From NCBI GenBank assembly GCA_951406725.2, contig OX597819.1, positions 57,474,001 to 57,538,000 on the forward strand: a stretch of 64,000 nucleotides of DNA. The letters run 5' to 3'. Positions 1 to 12,983 of the stretch are shown in pieces. The notes under the pieces are model-generated. The model was not told the origin of the DNA and ran no database searches. It saw only the letters and a list, made by a program, of their open reading frames with translations. The translations under genes and the position numbers were made by a program. The stretch is from Octopus vulgaris. Its lineage: Eukaryota. Position 1 is the first letter of the stretch. Each line of letters begins with the position of its first letter.

Positions 1-128
1 TAATGGCACGGCATAAGAGACCGATAGAACAGGCTTAAAAAATATAAGTCCTGTGTTCGATTTCCTCGACTAAAACCATTCAAGGCGGTACTCCAGCATG
101 GCGGCAGTTACATGCCTAGAACAAGTAA
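1..128 (+). mobile_element. 3' part of tRNA-derived SINE (family A, CR1-like tail)
   Basis: ggcggtactccagcatggcggcagt...aacaagtaaaa matches the reverse complement of the tails of the copies at 37108-37422 and 60000-60393. Confidence 0.75.
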
Positions 129-179
129 AACAATAAAAGAATAAAGAAAATATATATATTTGTGTGTGTGTGCGCGTTT

Positions 180-395
180 GTATATATTGTCCGGCATTCG
201 CCGTGATAGATCGCTAGCCACTACACTTTCTTTATTTTCTCTCCTTGTTTCTTTCTGTGTTCCTTTCTGTGGAAGAGCGTAGGCTCGAAACGTTAAAAAC
301 TTTTTCACTTCCCGAGCATTATACAAATACATCTGTTTGTTGTCTACACCACCTGTCTTTGTCTTTTGTTGTTTTTTTTGTGAATTCTTCCAATA
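180..395 (+). mobile_element. Non-autonomous Penelope-like terminal repeat carrying a minimal HHR-like motif
   Basis: Homologous to 36395-36640 (minus) and related to 3560-3787; contains gaagagcgtaggctcgaaacgtt. Confidence 0.6.
264..297 (+). ncRNA. Degenerate minimal hammerhead-like motif
   Basis: TTT-CTGTGGA-A-GAGC(GTAG)GCTC-GAAAC-GTT-AAA; core deviates from CUGANGA. Confidence 0.45.
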
Positions 396-453
396 CATAT
401 TGGTAGCTAAGAGTTTTTTCGATAAATAATCTTGCTACCCTAAGATTTTAATG

Positions 454-548
<95 letters not shown>

Positions 549-550
549 TA

Positions 551-725
551 TGCACGACAGATTTCTTCCAGTTTCTGTTTGCCAAAACCATTCACAAGGC
601 TTTGGTCGACCCGAAACTCTAGAGGAATACACCTACGCAAGTATCACGCAGTGGGACTTGTCCCAGTGTGGTATTCTTTGGAAATAAGTTTCTTACCACC
701 AGACCTGTCTGCGCCAATTACTGCC
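551..725 (-). mobile_element. SINE family A, degenerate 5' half
   Basis: caaggctttggtcgacccg...cacgcagtgggact aligns with 60240-60393. Confidence 0.65.
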
Positions 726-1270
726 TTGCCCGTGCTAAACAACCGCGCATATTTCTCTCTACCTGTGTGAAATGCTAATTGCAATTGTATCGCTTTGCTG
801 TAAGTACAAAGAAAACACAGATATACACAAAGAGAGACGCTGATAAATATTTACTATTGTTTAAATGTTAAAGAATTTGTTGGTGTTCCGAGATTTCTGT
901 ATATTTCTATGTATTTAAATATATATGATTACCTATCGCTTGTAATCTCCCTGGAATTCTAATCCCTCTTGCTTGTTATTATCTTCACATAATCCGTTAT
1001 TATGTTTTAAATCTGCTTTATTTGACAGCCGAGCTTCAATATATTCATGGTAATATATTCCAGTGTCTTTATATTTCTCAGTATGATTACGGCTGAAATA
1101 TTCATATCAACATCACATGATATTATTGATAGCGGTATGAGAACAGTTGAGGTTTGCAATTTCCTCAAAAGCAGCCGTTTCCTATTACCTCCTTTATATA
1201 TATATATATATATATATACAGAGAGAGAGAGAGAGAGAGAGACACACACACACACACACACATACATATA

Positions 1271-1301
<31 letters not shown>

Positions 1302-1313
1302 GTATATATATAT

Positions 1314-1356
<43 letters not shown>

Positions 1357-1359
<3 letters not shown>

Positions 1360-3545
1360 TATTTTATTTTACCTGGTTTCAGCTCACGAGTCGTGGCCAT
1401 GCTGGGGCACCGCCATTTGGTGCATGAGAGAGTTCGATGCAGCTGCCCTCATCTGCACCTCCTGCCGTGAAGTTGGTTCATCTGGGACACCTAACAGGAA
1501 GAGATCCAGTTTTATTTTAAAGACATCTGCATCCATCCCATGCAGGTCTCTCAGGTTCTTCGGAAGGATATTGAAGAGCTGTGGGCTTCGGAAGCCCAGG
1601 CTATATCACAGTATCTTGTCCTACATCTTGATGGCAAATTTGGAGTCCTTGGCACCATGCAGTGGCGCCCAGTTCTAGCATTTGTGTAACTCTCGATGCC
1701 AAAGTTTGGGACATGTCCTTCTAGGATCTTCCAGATGTATATCATGGCTTATCTTTCTCGCCTACGCTCTAAGGAATAGAGTCTTAATCTCTTGAGTCTT
1801 TCCCAGTAGCTTATATGCTGCACTGAGGCTATCTTCTTCGTGTAGCTTCGTTGGATCGCCTCATGTTCTGTGATTAAGTTGACACTGGATGGTGACCATA
1901 GCTGAGAGCAATAGTCAAAGTGGCTTAGGACAATTGTCCTCCAGGGGACCATCATGGTTTCCTGGTCTCTTGTTCTAAAGGTTCTAAGAATCCATCCGGT
2001 CAGCCGCCTACATTTTATTGCCAATTTAGCAATATGCACATGAAAGGTTGCATCATCACTCATGTAAATACCCAGGTCTTGCACTGATTGTGCCTCTGGG
2101 ATTGCAATCCCTCCAGGTCCAGTGCATTTATTGGGTATTGCATTTAGTTTTGCATGCTGATAGCATAAAGCTTGAAACTTTTCAGCATTGAACTGCATGC
2201 TATTCTTTTCAGCCCACTTGTATATTTTGTCCAGCTCACATTGCAGGTGCTTAGTGTCTTCAGGGTTCTGTATTGCCTGTCAAACTTTTGTATCATCTGC
2301 ATAACTTGTGATCATGGCTCTCTGCGTGATTGAGGGCATGTCTGAGAGGGCCATTATGAACAGTAGTGGTCCCAGAACAGTGCCATGCGGAACACCGCTC
2401 ACTTTTGCGTGTTAATGGATTTGGCCCAATTGGCTACTATCACCTGACTTCTATCCTTCAGAAAGTCATGAAGCCATTCTCCCAATTTTCGAACTATGCC
2501 AAGATCACGCTGTTTGTGACATATCATTCCATGATCGACTTTATCAAAGGCCTTTGCAAAGTCAAGATATATCACTTCCACATTTGAGTGGTTGAGCAGT
2601 CGTTTCAGCACCAGTCATAGTGTTGTAGGAGCTGAATTAAGCAGCTTCTTCCTGGTCGGAAACCATGTTGGGTGTCAGGCAGCAAGTCATTTTCTTCAAG
2701 GAAGGTTATTAGTTTCCTTCTGAATATTCGTTCCATGACCTTGCTGATGTGTGAGGTCAGAGAGATAAGTCTGTAGTTCTTGGCCTCTGCTCTGCTATCT
2801 CCTTTAGGAATAGGGCATATTTTACCTTCCTTCAGTTTTCTTGGAAGTTTGCCAGTTGCAAGGAAGCTCTGAAAGAGGAACTGCAGTGGTCTTGCTAGGA
2901 CACTCTTACATACTTTTAGAAGGATTGCTGGGAATCCATCGGAGCCAGTAGCTGAGTTTGTTTTAATTTCATCTATAGCCTTTATTACATCGTCTTCCTT
3001 TATATTGATGTAATCAATCATCGCTGCCTCTGATGCCTCTGCAGTGGTAAAGAAGTCAGTTGGATTGCTGACTTGAAAATGCCCTAGGGGTGGAGTGAAA
3101 ATACTCTTGAGTTGCTCATTTATTATTTCACTTATCCTCATTGGATTTCCTGTGAGTGTGCCATCCTTTTCAAGGAGTGGCCCTATCCTACAGTACAACG
3201 TAGCTGTTTCATTGGCATACCTGTAGAAAGCTCTGGGGTTAGATTTTATGTTGTCTATAGCCCAGGCTTCTGTGTCTGCTCTTTCTTTTTCATGGGAGAG
3301 TTGCAGACATTTTTCAATTTCCAACAGTTTTATTTTCAGGCGGGACTTTTCACTGCTTTCAATTTGTTTGTTTAGGCGATTTGAAAATTTTGTACGCCGT
3401 CTCATTAGAATTTTCCTCTCTCTGGGGATTTTGTTCTTGTGTACAGTGGCCTTTCTCTCTGGGACACATTTGTAGCATATGGCTTGCATTACAGACATGA
3501 ATTGTTGAAGTTTCATGTCGATGTCTGGCGAGGAGAGACATTCAG
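1357..3545 (-). mobile_element. 5'-truncated CR1-clade LINE; ORF2 reverse transcriptase broken by frameshifts
   Basis: ORFs 2605-3516, 2399-2611, 1749-2198 and 1551-1745 carry NYRLISLTSHISKVMER, QHGFRPGRSC, YLDFAKAFDKVDH, YADDTK (about 2285-2305), FNAEKF, DYCSQLWSP and LYSLERRRER; short (TAAAA)n tail near 1357-1371. Confidence 0.92.
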
Positions 3546-3559
3546 GCGAGTAGCGACAT

Positions 3560-3784
3560 TCAGGCCATATAAATATATGTGACCGCGTGTGTACCGTTGG
3601 CGATTTTTTTTCCTCTGTCTTCCCTTCTCTGGATCTTTCCTTCTCCTATGTTTCCAACGAAGAGCTCTGCTCGAAACGTTAAACCCTCCTTCTTTCCTTC
3701 TTTCCTGAGCGTCCAATAATACTATATTTGTTCCACGTCCTCGCGCTGTTGTGTTTTTTGTGCTTTCTTGTTTGGATTAACTTC

Positions 3785-3787
<3 letters not shown>
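3560..3787 (+). mobile_element. Penelope-like terminal-repeat fragment with HHR-like motif, ending at (TA)n
   Basis: Same layout as 180-395: pyrimidine tract, HHR-like motif, cctgagcg, T-rich 3' end. Confidence 0.55.
3650..3684 (+). ncRNA. Minimal hammerhead-like motif with mutated core
   Basis: GTTT-CCAACGA-A-GAGC(TCT)GCTC-GAAAC-GTT-AAAC; stem I GTTT/AAAC. Confidence 0.5.
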
Positions 3788-3861
<74 letters not shown>

Positions 3862-3862
3862 C

Positions 3863-3898
<36 letters not shown>

Positions 3899-3950
3899 AT
3901 ATATATATATAGAGAGAGAGAGTGTGTGTGTGCGAGATAGATAGATAGAG

Positions 3951-4042
<92 letters not shown>

Positions 4043-4052
4043 TGATGGATAG
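3788..4052. repeat. Compound microsatellite (TA)n(TG)n(GA)n(GATA)n
   Basis: Seen directly. Confidence 0.95.
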
Positions 4053-4220
4053 AAAGATACACGTTTACGAATTTTAGCTGCAAGATTACTGATGTGAAGT
4101 CGTGTGTTGAAACAGTCGTCGTGTGTTGAAGTCGTGTGTTGTTGTATTTCGGGACGGTCATTTCTTTGTTGCCAAATTAACACACGCACAATATATTACT
4201 TCTTCACTCGTTTATTACTT

Positions 4221-4778
4221 TTCTTATTGTAACTCACGTTCATTGTCCGGAAGTCTTTCGTCACGCATCTGTGACCTCAGCGACGCTTTCCGTCTTCATG
4301 CTCTGCTTATTCCATTCTGTTCTATGATGTGCATATATGCGCATACATCTGAGTTTGGTGTGTGTGTCGTTGTTCCCCTTCTTAGTAGCACTATTACCCT
4401 CCCCTCAGCCCCGTCCCCTACGCTGCTGTTGTCCTTGAACCCGACATTATGCACCGTTCTTGTAATTCACTGTGTTCGTGTGTAGATGAATACACAAACA
4501 CAGTGGGTTACAGGAAATGTACATAAAATCGGGCTCAAGGTCAACAGCGGCGGCAACGGGGTAGGAGACGTGGCTCAGTGGGTGGGGTCATAGTGCTACT
4601 AAGAACAATGACACACACATGTAGACACACATAAACAAAAATAGACGCATATACATCATAGAAGAACATAATGGAATAATCAGAGCACGAGCACACACGA
4701 AGAGGGAAAGTGTCGATAAGGAGGTCAAAGATGTGTGACGAAAGATTTCCGGACAATGGACATGAGTTAGAATAAGAA
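4221..4778. repeat. ~560-bp imperfect palindrome (fold-back)
   Basis: Left arm ttcttattgtaactcacgttcattgtccggaagtctttcgtcac pairs with right arm gtgacgaaagatttccggacaatggacatgagttagaataagaa; centre tgtgta-gatgaa-tacaca near 4480-4497. Confidence 0.85.
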
Positions 4779-4874
4779 CATTGTCGTCCTTTGCGTTCCT
4801 CCGTTCTTTAGATTATATGTATGTACATGTAGCGGCGAGCTTATACCTTTCGCTTGGCTTATATATATATGTGC

Positions 4875-4907
<33 letters not shown>

Positions 4908-4913
4908 CATATA

Positions 4914-5102
<189 letters not shown>

Positions 5103-6381
5103 TTACTTCTGATATATATATTCTCAGCATAATGGCATAGAAATCTGTTTCATTTTGCTCTTGTTTATAATTGTATATAATTTTCACCTTTAAAGGTATT
5201 TTAATATGCTGGCCACTTTGATGGAATTTTTTTTTTTTTTGGCAAAAAAAAATTATCCTATATTAGAGGTAAATTGATTACCATTCACTTCAGGACTGGT
5301 ACCCACTGAAAGTTGTGTTTTATGACCGGTCACACGTGTGCTGAGGCTTGCTAATGGACTTTGCATTTAGATATAACTGGGGTACTTATGTGTACACATG
5401 ACTCTTGCTTCTGCTTTTTTCCATGGGTGCTTGTAAGTATTTCATTTATTTCTTATCGTATATTCTACTAAAGAGGGAAAAATCCGTGGGATGAATCCCG
5501 AAATTGATTCAATATAGTGATAACGAATTTTAAAAAATAAGTTCTGTTAGCTTGCCTTCCTCGATTTCAGCACGGCGTGTATTCATAGTGAATGTATAAT
5601 GTAATGTGGCGAATGACATTTTAAAGTCTATTTTCAGCATATTGGCATAGAAAGCTTTTTTCTTTTACCCTTGTTTATAATTGTGTCTACATATGAAATA
5701 CGTAAACAACGAGAAAAATTGAAAATAGGACAAGTAAATACAGAGAAAGGACCCTTCATCAGTTGTCGGTTGTCTAACACTCAGTTCGAGCATTGTGATC
5801 TCGGTCACTTATATGCCATGCAGACTGGGAAACCAGCCCTCTTGAGTCCTAGGAATCGAGATAGTAATGTTCGGGGTTGATGGTGATGATGACAGCATAT
5901 TTGTAAGAGCTATGATATTCCTTTAAAATAGTTTTGTACCGTCAAGGCTATAACGACTTCTTCCGTAAGATGAATTTTAGCTAACCATCAACAATGATCT
6001 TCTGTATCCGAATCAAATATCCCTTCTTAAACGCAAATATTCTCAAGACTTGATTCAGAGAGAAAACGTGAATTTTTGCGGGACGCGGTTATACTAAATG
6101 CCCGAATAATCCACCCCGCGTGCAGATATATCAAAAATAACTTTGGTTTTAAACACGAAATCTAAGGGATGCGTGTGAGTCGATTATATTGATCCAAATA
6201 TTCAAATGGTACTTATGTTATCAATCTCAAAATGATGAAATGTAAAGTCAATCCCTGAGTAATTTGAACACAATATGTTATGAGTTAGAAAAAATTTCCG
6301 CAAATACTTTTTCTTCCGACATTTTAACAGTTCTACGATCTCGCCGCTTCAATATCTAAAGTAATATCTTTATGTAATTTT

Positions 6382-6477
6382 GCTTACAGCTATGTCACGT
6401 TCAATGCACCGGATCTCGTCGATCCTAATGAATACTTAGATGGGTGAGTGCGTGGGAAACCTAAATGCTGTAAGCTT
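6382..6477 (+). pseudogene. 5S rRNA pseudogene with internal deletion
   Basis: gcttacagc...cacgttcaatgcaccggatctcgtc-gatc...tacttagatgggtga...tgggaa...gctgtaagctt follows the metazoan 5S sequence; helix I GCTTACAGC/GCTGTAAGC intact; about 25 nt missing. Confidence 0.8.
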
Positions 6478-6519
6478 CTCCCAGTTTAACACGACGACCT
6501 GCTAAAATCACTAAACACG

Positions 6520-6705
6520 CTGGGCAAAATGCTTAGTGAGATTTCATCCGTCTTTTGGATCTGAGTTCAAATTCTGCCGTGGTTAACTTTGCCTTTTAAT
6601 CCTTTCGTGGTCGATAACAGAATTACCAGTTGGAAACAGGGACCGATTTAATCGACTAACGCCCTCTCCCGAAACTGCTGGCCTTGCGCCAAAATTTGAA
6701 GCCAA
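6520..6705 (+). mobile_element. SINE-like repeat (family C); related copies near 6170-6350, 7330-7430, 27130-27260, 42550-42670 and 44660-44785
   Basis: Shared ctgagttcaaatt...ctttcatcctttcg-ggtcgataa...accagt...atcgact...caaaatttgaa motif. Confidence 0.6.
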
Positions 6706-7255
6706 TATCATTTGTAATTTCACGTCACTCCATATCGTAGTGAAACGTCAGCCTGCTTGCAACGTGGTCAACCACGGTTCTCGTTTGGTCACAAACATTC
6801 TCAAATTATTTCTGACTTTCGTGTTATCAAATTATTTGAAATTTCTAATAAATAAACTAAGATCATTGTAGTTTAATGTAAATTTATTTGGTGCGTTTAT
6901 AAAACGTATTTATTGTTTCGTTATTTCAAATGATAAGCTTATGCGTTTTATAACTCTGTTCGTTCATAACAAAAAGTGTATATAATTTAATCACAAACAA
7001 GAAGGTTAGCGATGCACAATTTACATGTAATTGGAATATTATATATTCGAGCCGTATGGATAGTGAAATTATGTAACATAATTTGAATCGGAGAAACAGT
7101 AAGTTTTCTGGATGTGAAAGTGTCTGTGTGTTTATGTGTACGGATCAATGTATATACAGAATCGTTGAATAATCTTCAAGGAAGATCGACTCTAATATAG
7201 ATGTTTATATAGGCGTATGTGAGTATACATATACATGTGTGTGTGTGTTCTTGAG

Positions 7256-7318
<63 letters not shown>

Positions 7319-7679
7319 TGTATGTGTCAATAATGTCGACCTTGACGAAATTTGAACTCAGAACGTGAAAACGTTCTGAGTTCAAATGGTCATTTTGTCT
7401 GGCTTGCTAACCATTCTGCCACCACGCCACCCTAGTTATTAAGAAAGATTAATAACAGAAATAAGAAAAGTACTAAATTGTTACAATGCGCAAATAACTG
7501 CATCATAGTAGACTAGTATAGGAATATAAAATATAACCATAGATTTAGATTTATACAATTTCAAATTGTAAATTAGCATCGTTATCCTAACTAGATAGAG
7601 CATATGATATCAATACTGACCATATAGACTTTTTCATGCATTCGCTTAAAATCTCTTATCTTCTGTAAGTGGTCATCAT

Positions 7680-8400
7680 AGGTAAAATATCTGAAACAAA
7701 TTGTCTGTTGTGTCAATGGCATCGTATTTGTGACCGAGTAGCTGTTTATATGTTAGATACATGAGATTTATGTTCTATCTCAAGATATTGCTCGCAATCT
7801 TGACGATGGCTTAAACATTCCTCACGGTTGCGATGAACATTCACTGGTACATTTTATACAAATTTAGTCAAATAGGCTTAAAAATTAGAGTAATCACTCA
7901 TCTCTCTATTTCTAGATGCTTTCTGAGACCTATATATATATATATATATAATATATTAGAAGGTTTGGATATATATATATATATATATAATATCCTGTAA
8001 CCCTCATATAGAGTTCAAAAACCTTAGAGATAGGGTCAGTCTAAAGCAATTTTTGGTACAGAAGTGCTCTAATATGATAATGCCCTGGCTGACAGTGGCT
8101 TCAAGGGAAAGATATCTTACAACTCTGATAAAAATATTACCCTTTAAATTAGACCCTAGCAGATAATGTAAATCACCACTACTCTCTGTGTGAATGTTAA
8201 GACTAACGTAGTTAGAAAATTCTTGGTTTTAATGGGTAAGGATTTTTCAGTTAATCAAAGATGCAGAGAAATTCTAAATATATGTTGATTGAAGGATTCA
8301 TACAAATGCTCTTCCAATACAAAAATAACATCATTCGCAGGTCATACCAAGCAACCACTACAATTTCCAACTCTTGAGACCCAGAAACGTTCCCACTCAA
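7680..8400 (+). mobile_element. Highly decayed Naiad-like Penelope RT relic
   Basis: LDDGL (YRDDGL-like) near 7797-7812; NVKTNVVRKFLVL...LKDSYKC at about 8193-8310 resembles the conserved NVKTN.G..FL...KxSYSC block. Confidence 0.55.
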
Positions 8401-8729
8401 ATTGACATGCATGATTCATGAAGCTGCAGACATAGTACTCTTACAAAATAGACACACACCCTAAAAATTTGCATTGCGATAGTAGTTTTAGATGCACAAA
8501 CCACCAATATTCTTTCCGACATGAGGATAAGGAAAAGGCAACGAAGATAGCGAGATCGGGGATTTGGACCCCGGCACTTCATCACACACATACATGCACA
8601 TACACACAATATATATATGTGTATATATGCATATGTATACATATGTACACATATGTATATATAAATATACTCATGTATATAAACATTTATATATTTACAG
8701 ATCTATACACACACACACACGCACACACA

Positions 8730-8806
<77 letters not shown>

Positions 8807-10230
8807 GTACATATACACATACACACATATGTATGTATACATATAACGACTATTTTACCGTTCAGGTGGGGGTTCTTAATGTCGCCCTCATTCACACTAC
8901 AACTCACACCGCTGTTTAAAGACTAGGGTCCCTGTGTGGTTTGAGGAAGAGTGTAACCTAATATAAAGCGAACTTCAATAATAAGAAAATAGAATTTGAG
9001 CATAAACTTCGTATTACTTTATTTCATCTGTTACATGTGTTTCTGTATCCGACAATACGTAAAGTCACACGATAAATGCATTTCTTAGATGCACCTCATA
9101 AATGCAGTACGATTCTTCTTTTATGAGGCCGAAAATACCCTGCCATTTCTAGTTTGGACAATATACTTCTATATAAATCACTATTGCATCGCAAACTAGA
9201 ACAAGTCTCCACATGTCAGACTGAAAAGCTACTACTCCACAGAGACTGTTCTATATCACCTCCAACGAGTCTCTAGTTGAATTGATGCCAAGTCAATACA
9301 TCTACCAGCATTCCATCATAGTAAGATTGTCCCTGGAATGTGTCAGTTGGGCGCAGTTGTTTAGACGCTTATGATTTGGCCCGGCTGACTGGAGATTCTG
9401 CTTGTTTTGGCGACCACACTTTTGCGAACCGAGGCAAAGAAATATATGCATACGCTCACACACAAATATTCTCACAAACGTGCCCGTGCGTGAAACTATA
9501 CATATAGAATTTGAAACAGTGGGAGACAGAATGAAAGAGAAAGAAATAGATTATAATGTATTAATTGAACAGAATGGACAAATACTTTCCTTCTCTTCAT
9601 ACGCTCGGAGAAATATTCAAAGGTACCGAAGCAGAAATACAGAGAAGGATTAGAGAATGATATGGGAGAGAAGAAGAGGAACATTAAACATCTAAATTGA
9701 AATCTAAATGTAAAATATTTCAGCGATGAATCTCTAACGCCAAATAAGCAGTGACAAAACGATTCTCGAAATATGTATCATAACCGTTGATACAATGTCT
9801 TCACTTATAACTTCATCAGATGCCGTTAGCAAACGAAAACACCAACGTTTTTCGTGGTGGCGTTAACTTAGAAATATATGAATTTCAATAACTATTTGGT
9901 TTGAAATCCCCAGACTAGCATTGCCTAAAAAGGTCAAGAGTACTTTCTTTCTATTCCATATAAATATAGGGAATTGTATTAAAAAGTTACCTCAGATTAA
10001 TTACGTAACATCGATGATAAACCTGTACATCATCCTTCCGGGATGGTTACGATAATATACAGATGACATACTAGAGTCAATTGAATTGCTTTCTTTTAAT
10101 ACGTGTCTCTATTTCTAAATCTGTATGTATGTACGTGTACTTGAGTATCAATTTATATGCATACGTTACAATAAATATGTGTGTATAAGTGTTATGTATA
10201 CGATTCCATAGATGTATATATGTATTCGCG

Positions 10231-10269
<39 letters not shown>

Positions 10270-10550
10270 AGATAAGAAAATGGAGAAATACATCTAAATC
10301 AAATATCAATTACCAGATAATACTCAATCACATACTTTATTAAACCATCACATAAGAGACTGTAGGGTTAAACATAAAAAAAGCAGAACAAATCAGTGTA
10401 CATAAAGGAATGTACATAAAAAGTGTACATAAAAGAGTAATGTTGTATAATAAGTAGAATGTTGTATAAAAAAGAGAATATAAATATAAGTAAATATAAA
10501 TATCAATATAAATATAAGTATAAGACACACCCAATTTATTTGACATCACC

Positions 10551-12187
10551 ATGGGCTCGCCGGATTCAGCGGAAGTGACGGATCTAGTGGGGATGTATCT
10601 ACTCGATAACCTTAATAGGGAATTCCCTGAATTAAAGGGCGGACTATATAGGGACGACGCTTTATTTCTAGTCAGAAACACATCTAATAGGAGGCTAGAA
10701 TTACTGAAAAAACGACTACATAAATTTTTTTAAAGTTTTGGCTTATCCATAGTTATAGAAAATAAAAATTACTCTGCGAATTATTTAGATGTCAATTGCA
10801 ACCTTACTAATGGAATGTATGAACCGTATATTAAACCTAATTCTAACTTAGTATATATAAACCACTCTAGCAATCACCCCCCTCAAGTTAAAAAGTCACT
10901 GGTACGAAGCATTTGTCAGAGAATCTCTTATCAATCCTCAAATGAGGACGTTTTCAATAGGCATTGTGAAAAATACAACACGGCATTGCTGAAGGCAGGC
11001 TACAAAAATAAAATTTGGTATATACCCAATAATAATCCTTCGAAAACAGGTGGAACTATTAGGAACAACACGAATAACACGAATAAATTCCGAAGAGACA
11101 ATAATAATTGTAGGACAAAGAAAAATATACTATATAAAATAAATATGACAATAATACTGGTTTTAATAATCTTAGACTTGTCAACATTGGTCTAAATAAC
11201 TTAGCGCACAATAATGATAGTAGGGATATCAACAATAGGTATAGTAACATTGATAATAATATATATGGATTAGTGGAGTTCATCTAAACAATAATAATAA
11301 GAAGAATAAGAATAACAATAAAGTCACTAATAAAACCAATCTAAAGGGGAATTCTAGGCATTATATTGACAATACTAAGGGTAGAAAACATATGGGTTGG
11401 AAGAATAATAGGGTTTTTCCCAAAAATAACAATTTGAGGAGTAATCCACATAGTGATGACGATACACTATGGCTAATAATACCATATGCAATGCAGATTA
11501 AAACGGATATAGTCAGAACAATACATAAAGTAATATATATACTATTTACTAAGGGTAAGAATAAATTTAGCCAAATAATTAACAATAGAACTATTAGAAT
11601 AGGATATAGTATCACGAATAATCTAGCCACCATCATCTCGTCATTCAACAACAAGAAATTAGATTGCTTCTATAATGATAGAAAGATAAACATGGGTAGT
11701 AGTGAAAATAAGTGTAATAATATCAACAGGAATAGAGCTACGGGGATTTCGGCCAGGGTTAAATCTCCTCAATGGCTGCAATTTCAGAAGCAAGAATCAA
11801 TGTGTGTTTGGTAATAAATGCCTGAGGAGAGAGGTGGTTTACCAATGCACTGTAAATACACAATACAATAGCAAAGTGTACATTGGTGCGACTAAAAATA
11901 GTATAAAACAACGGCTAAACTATCATAGATATCCTTTTAAAAATAAAAATATGATGAACTCTACGGGGTTAAGTACGTATATCTGGGAACTCAAGAGTAA
12001 AAACATAGATTTTAAATTAGATTGGGAAATACTAACATCTGCACCTGTATATAATAGTAGAAATAAAAAATGCTCTTTATGTATCAATGAAATTTTCTTC
12101 ATCATCAAAGCCGGCCAACCCATTATTAACAGCATTAATGAGCGGAATTTTTTTTTGCCTTCACAAATTGGCGTACACTTTCTCTAG
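10551..12187 (+). pseudogene. PLE reverse transcriptase plus GIY-YIG endonuclease, disrupted
   Basis: ORFs 10551-10733, 10815-11195, 11392-11814 and 11702-12187 separated by stops and frameshifts; Asn-rich linker. Confidence 0.88.
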
Positions 12188-12927
12188 ATTTAAATAACAT
12201 CTAATTCTTCTACCAGTAATTTTTTAGCATTCCTCTATATATGACTGTACTATTGGTCCTTACAATTTATAATTTATAACTTTGTGTCTCCATGTATGTG
12301 TTCTATATTGATTGTTTCTGTCCCGACTGAAAAATATACAAAAATATATAGTTATTCTGATATATGCATGATATTCGGAACCCCACGGAGTCTTTTATCT
12401 GTGTAGAGTGCATAAGCGCATCATACCTTAGGGCACTAGTTTGAGTTTTTGCTATACCAATATGTAATATGTGAGAGTCTATAATTAGTATAAATTGTTT
12501 ATCTCAATGAGCATATAAGGTTTTTTACGTTGGTTTGTTGGGGGTTGTTGTATTTCTGCTACACAAGCGTGGGCTCGGGTGGCGCTGCACCGGAGTTTGT
12601 GCGTCCGCGCACGCATGCGTTGGCGCGTCCGCGCATGTGCATCAACGTGTGCACTCTCGCGCACTGGCACTTGCGTGTACTTGTACGCGTGTTCTGGTAT
12701 GCATCTCGGCGATCGTGCGTGCGGGAGGGACGTGTGCGTGTGGGCCCAGCCATGAATTCGCGTGTCCGTGCAGGGGCGTGCATGCCTATGTATGTGCATG
12801 TGGGTGCATTTCGGCGTATCCACTTATATTTACTATATTAGGTTTATCTTTGTGTTCGTCTTAATTTGTATTCCATTTTATTTATCTAATTATCTGTACA
12901 TGGATATATATATATATATATGTACAT

Positions 12928-12983
<56 letters not shown>

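Noticed and set aside
9026-9108. Minus-strand hammerhead relic (GAAAC-ACAT-GTA)
   Set aside because: Core and stem I too degenerate to call
10551-12400. Selenocysteine recoding, as described for some Naiad elements
   Set aside because: The Cys positions I could read in the GIY-YIG region are TGT/TGC, the breaks I checked are TAA stops or frameshifts, and I saw no convincing SECIS
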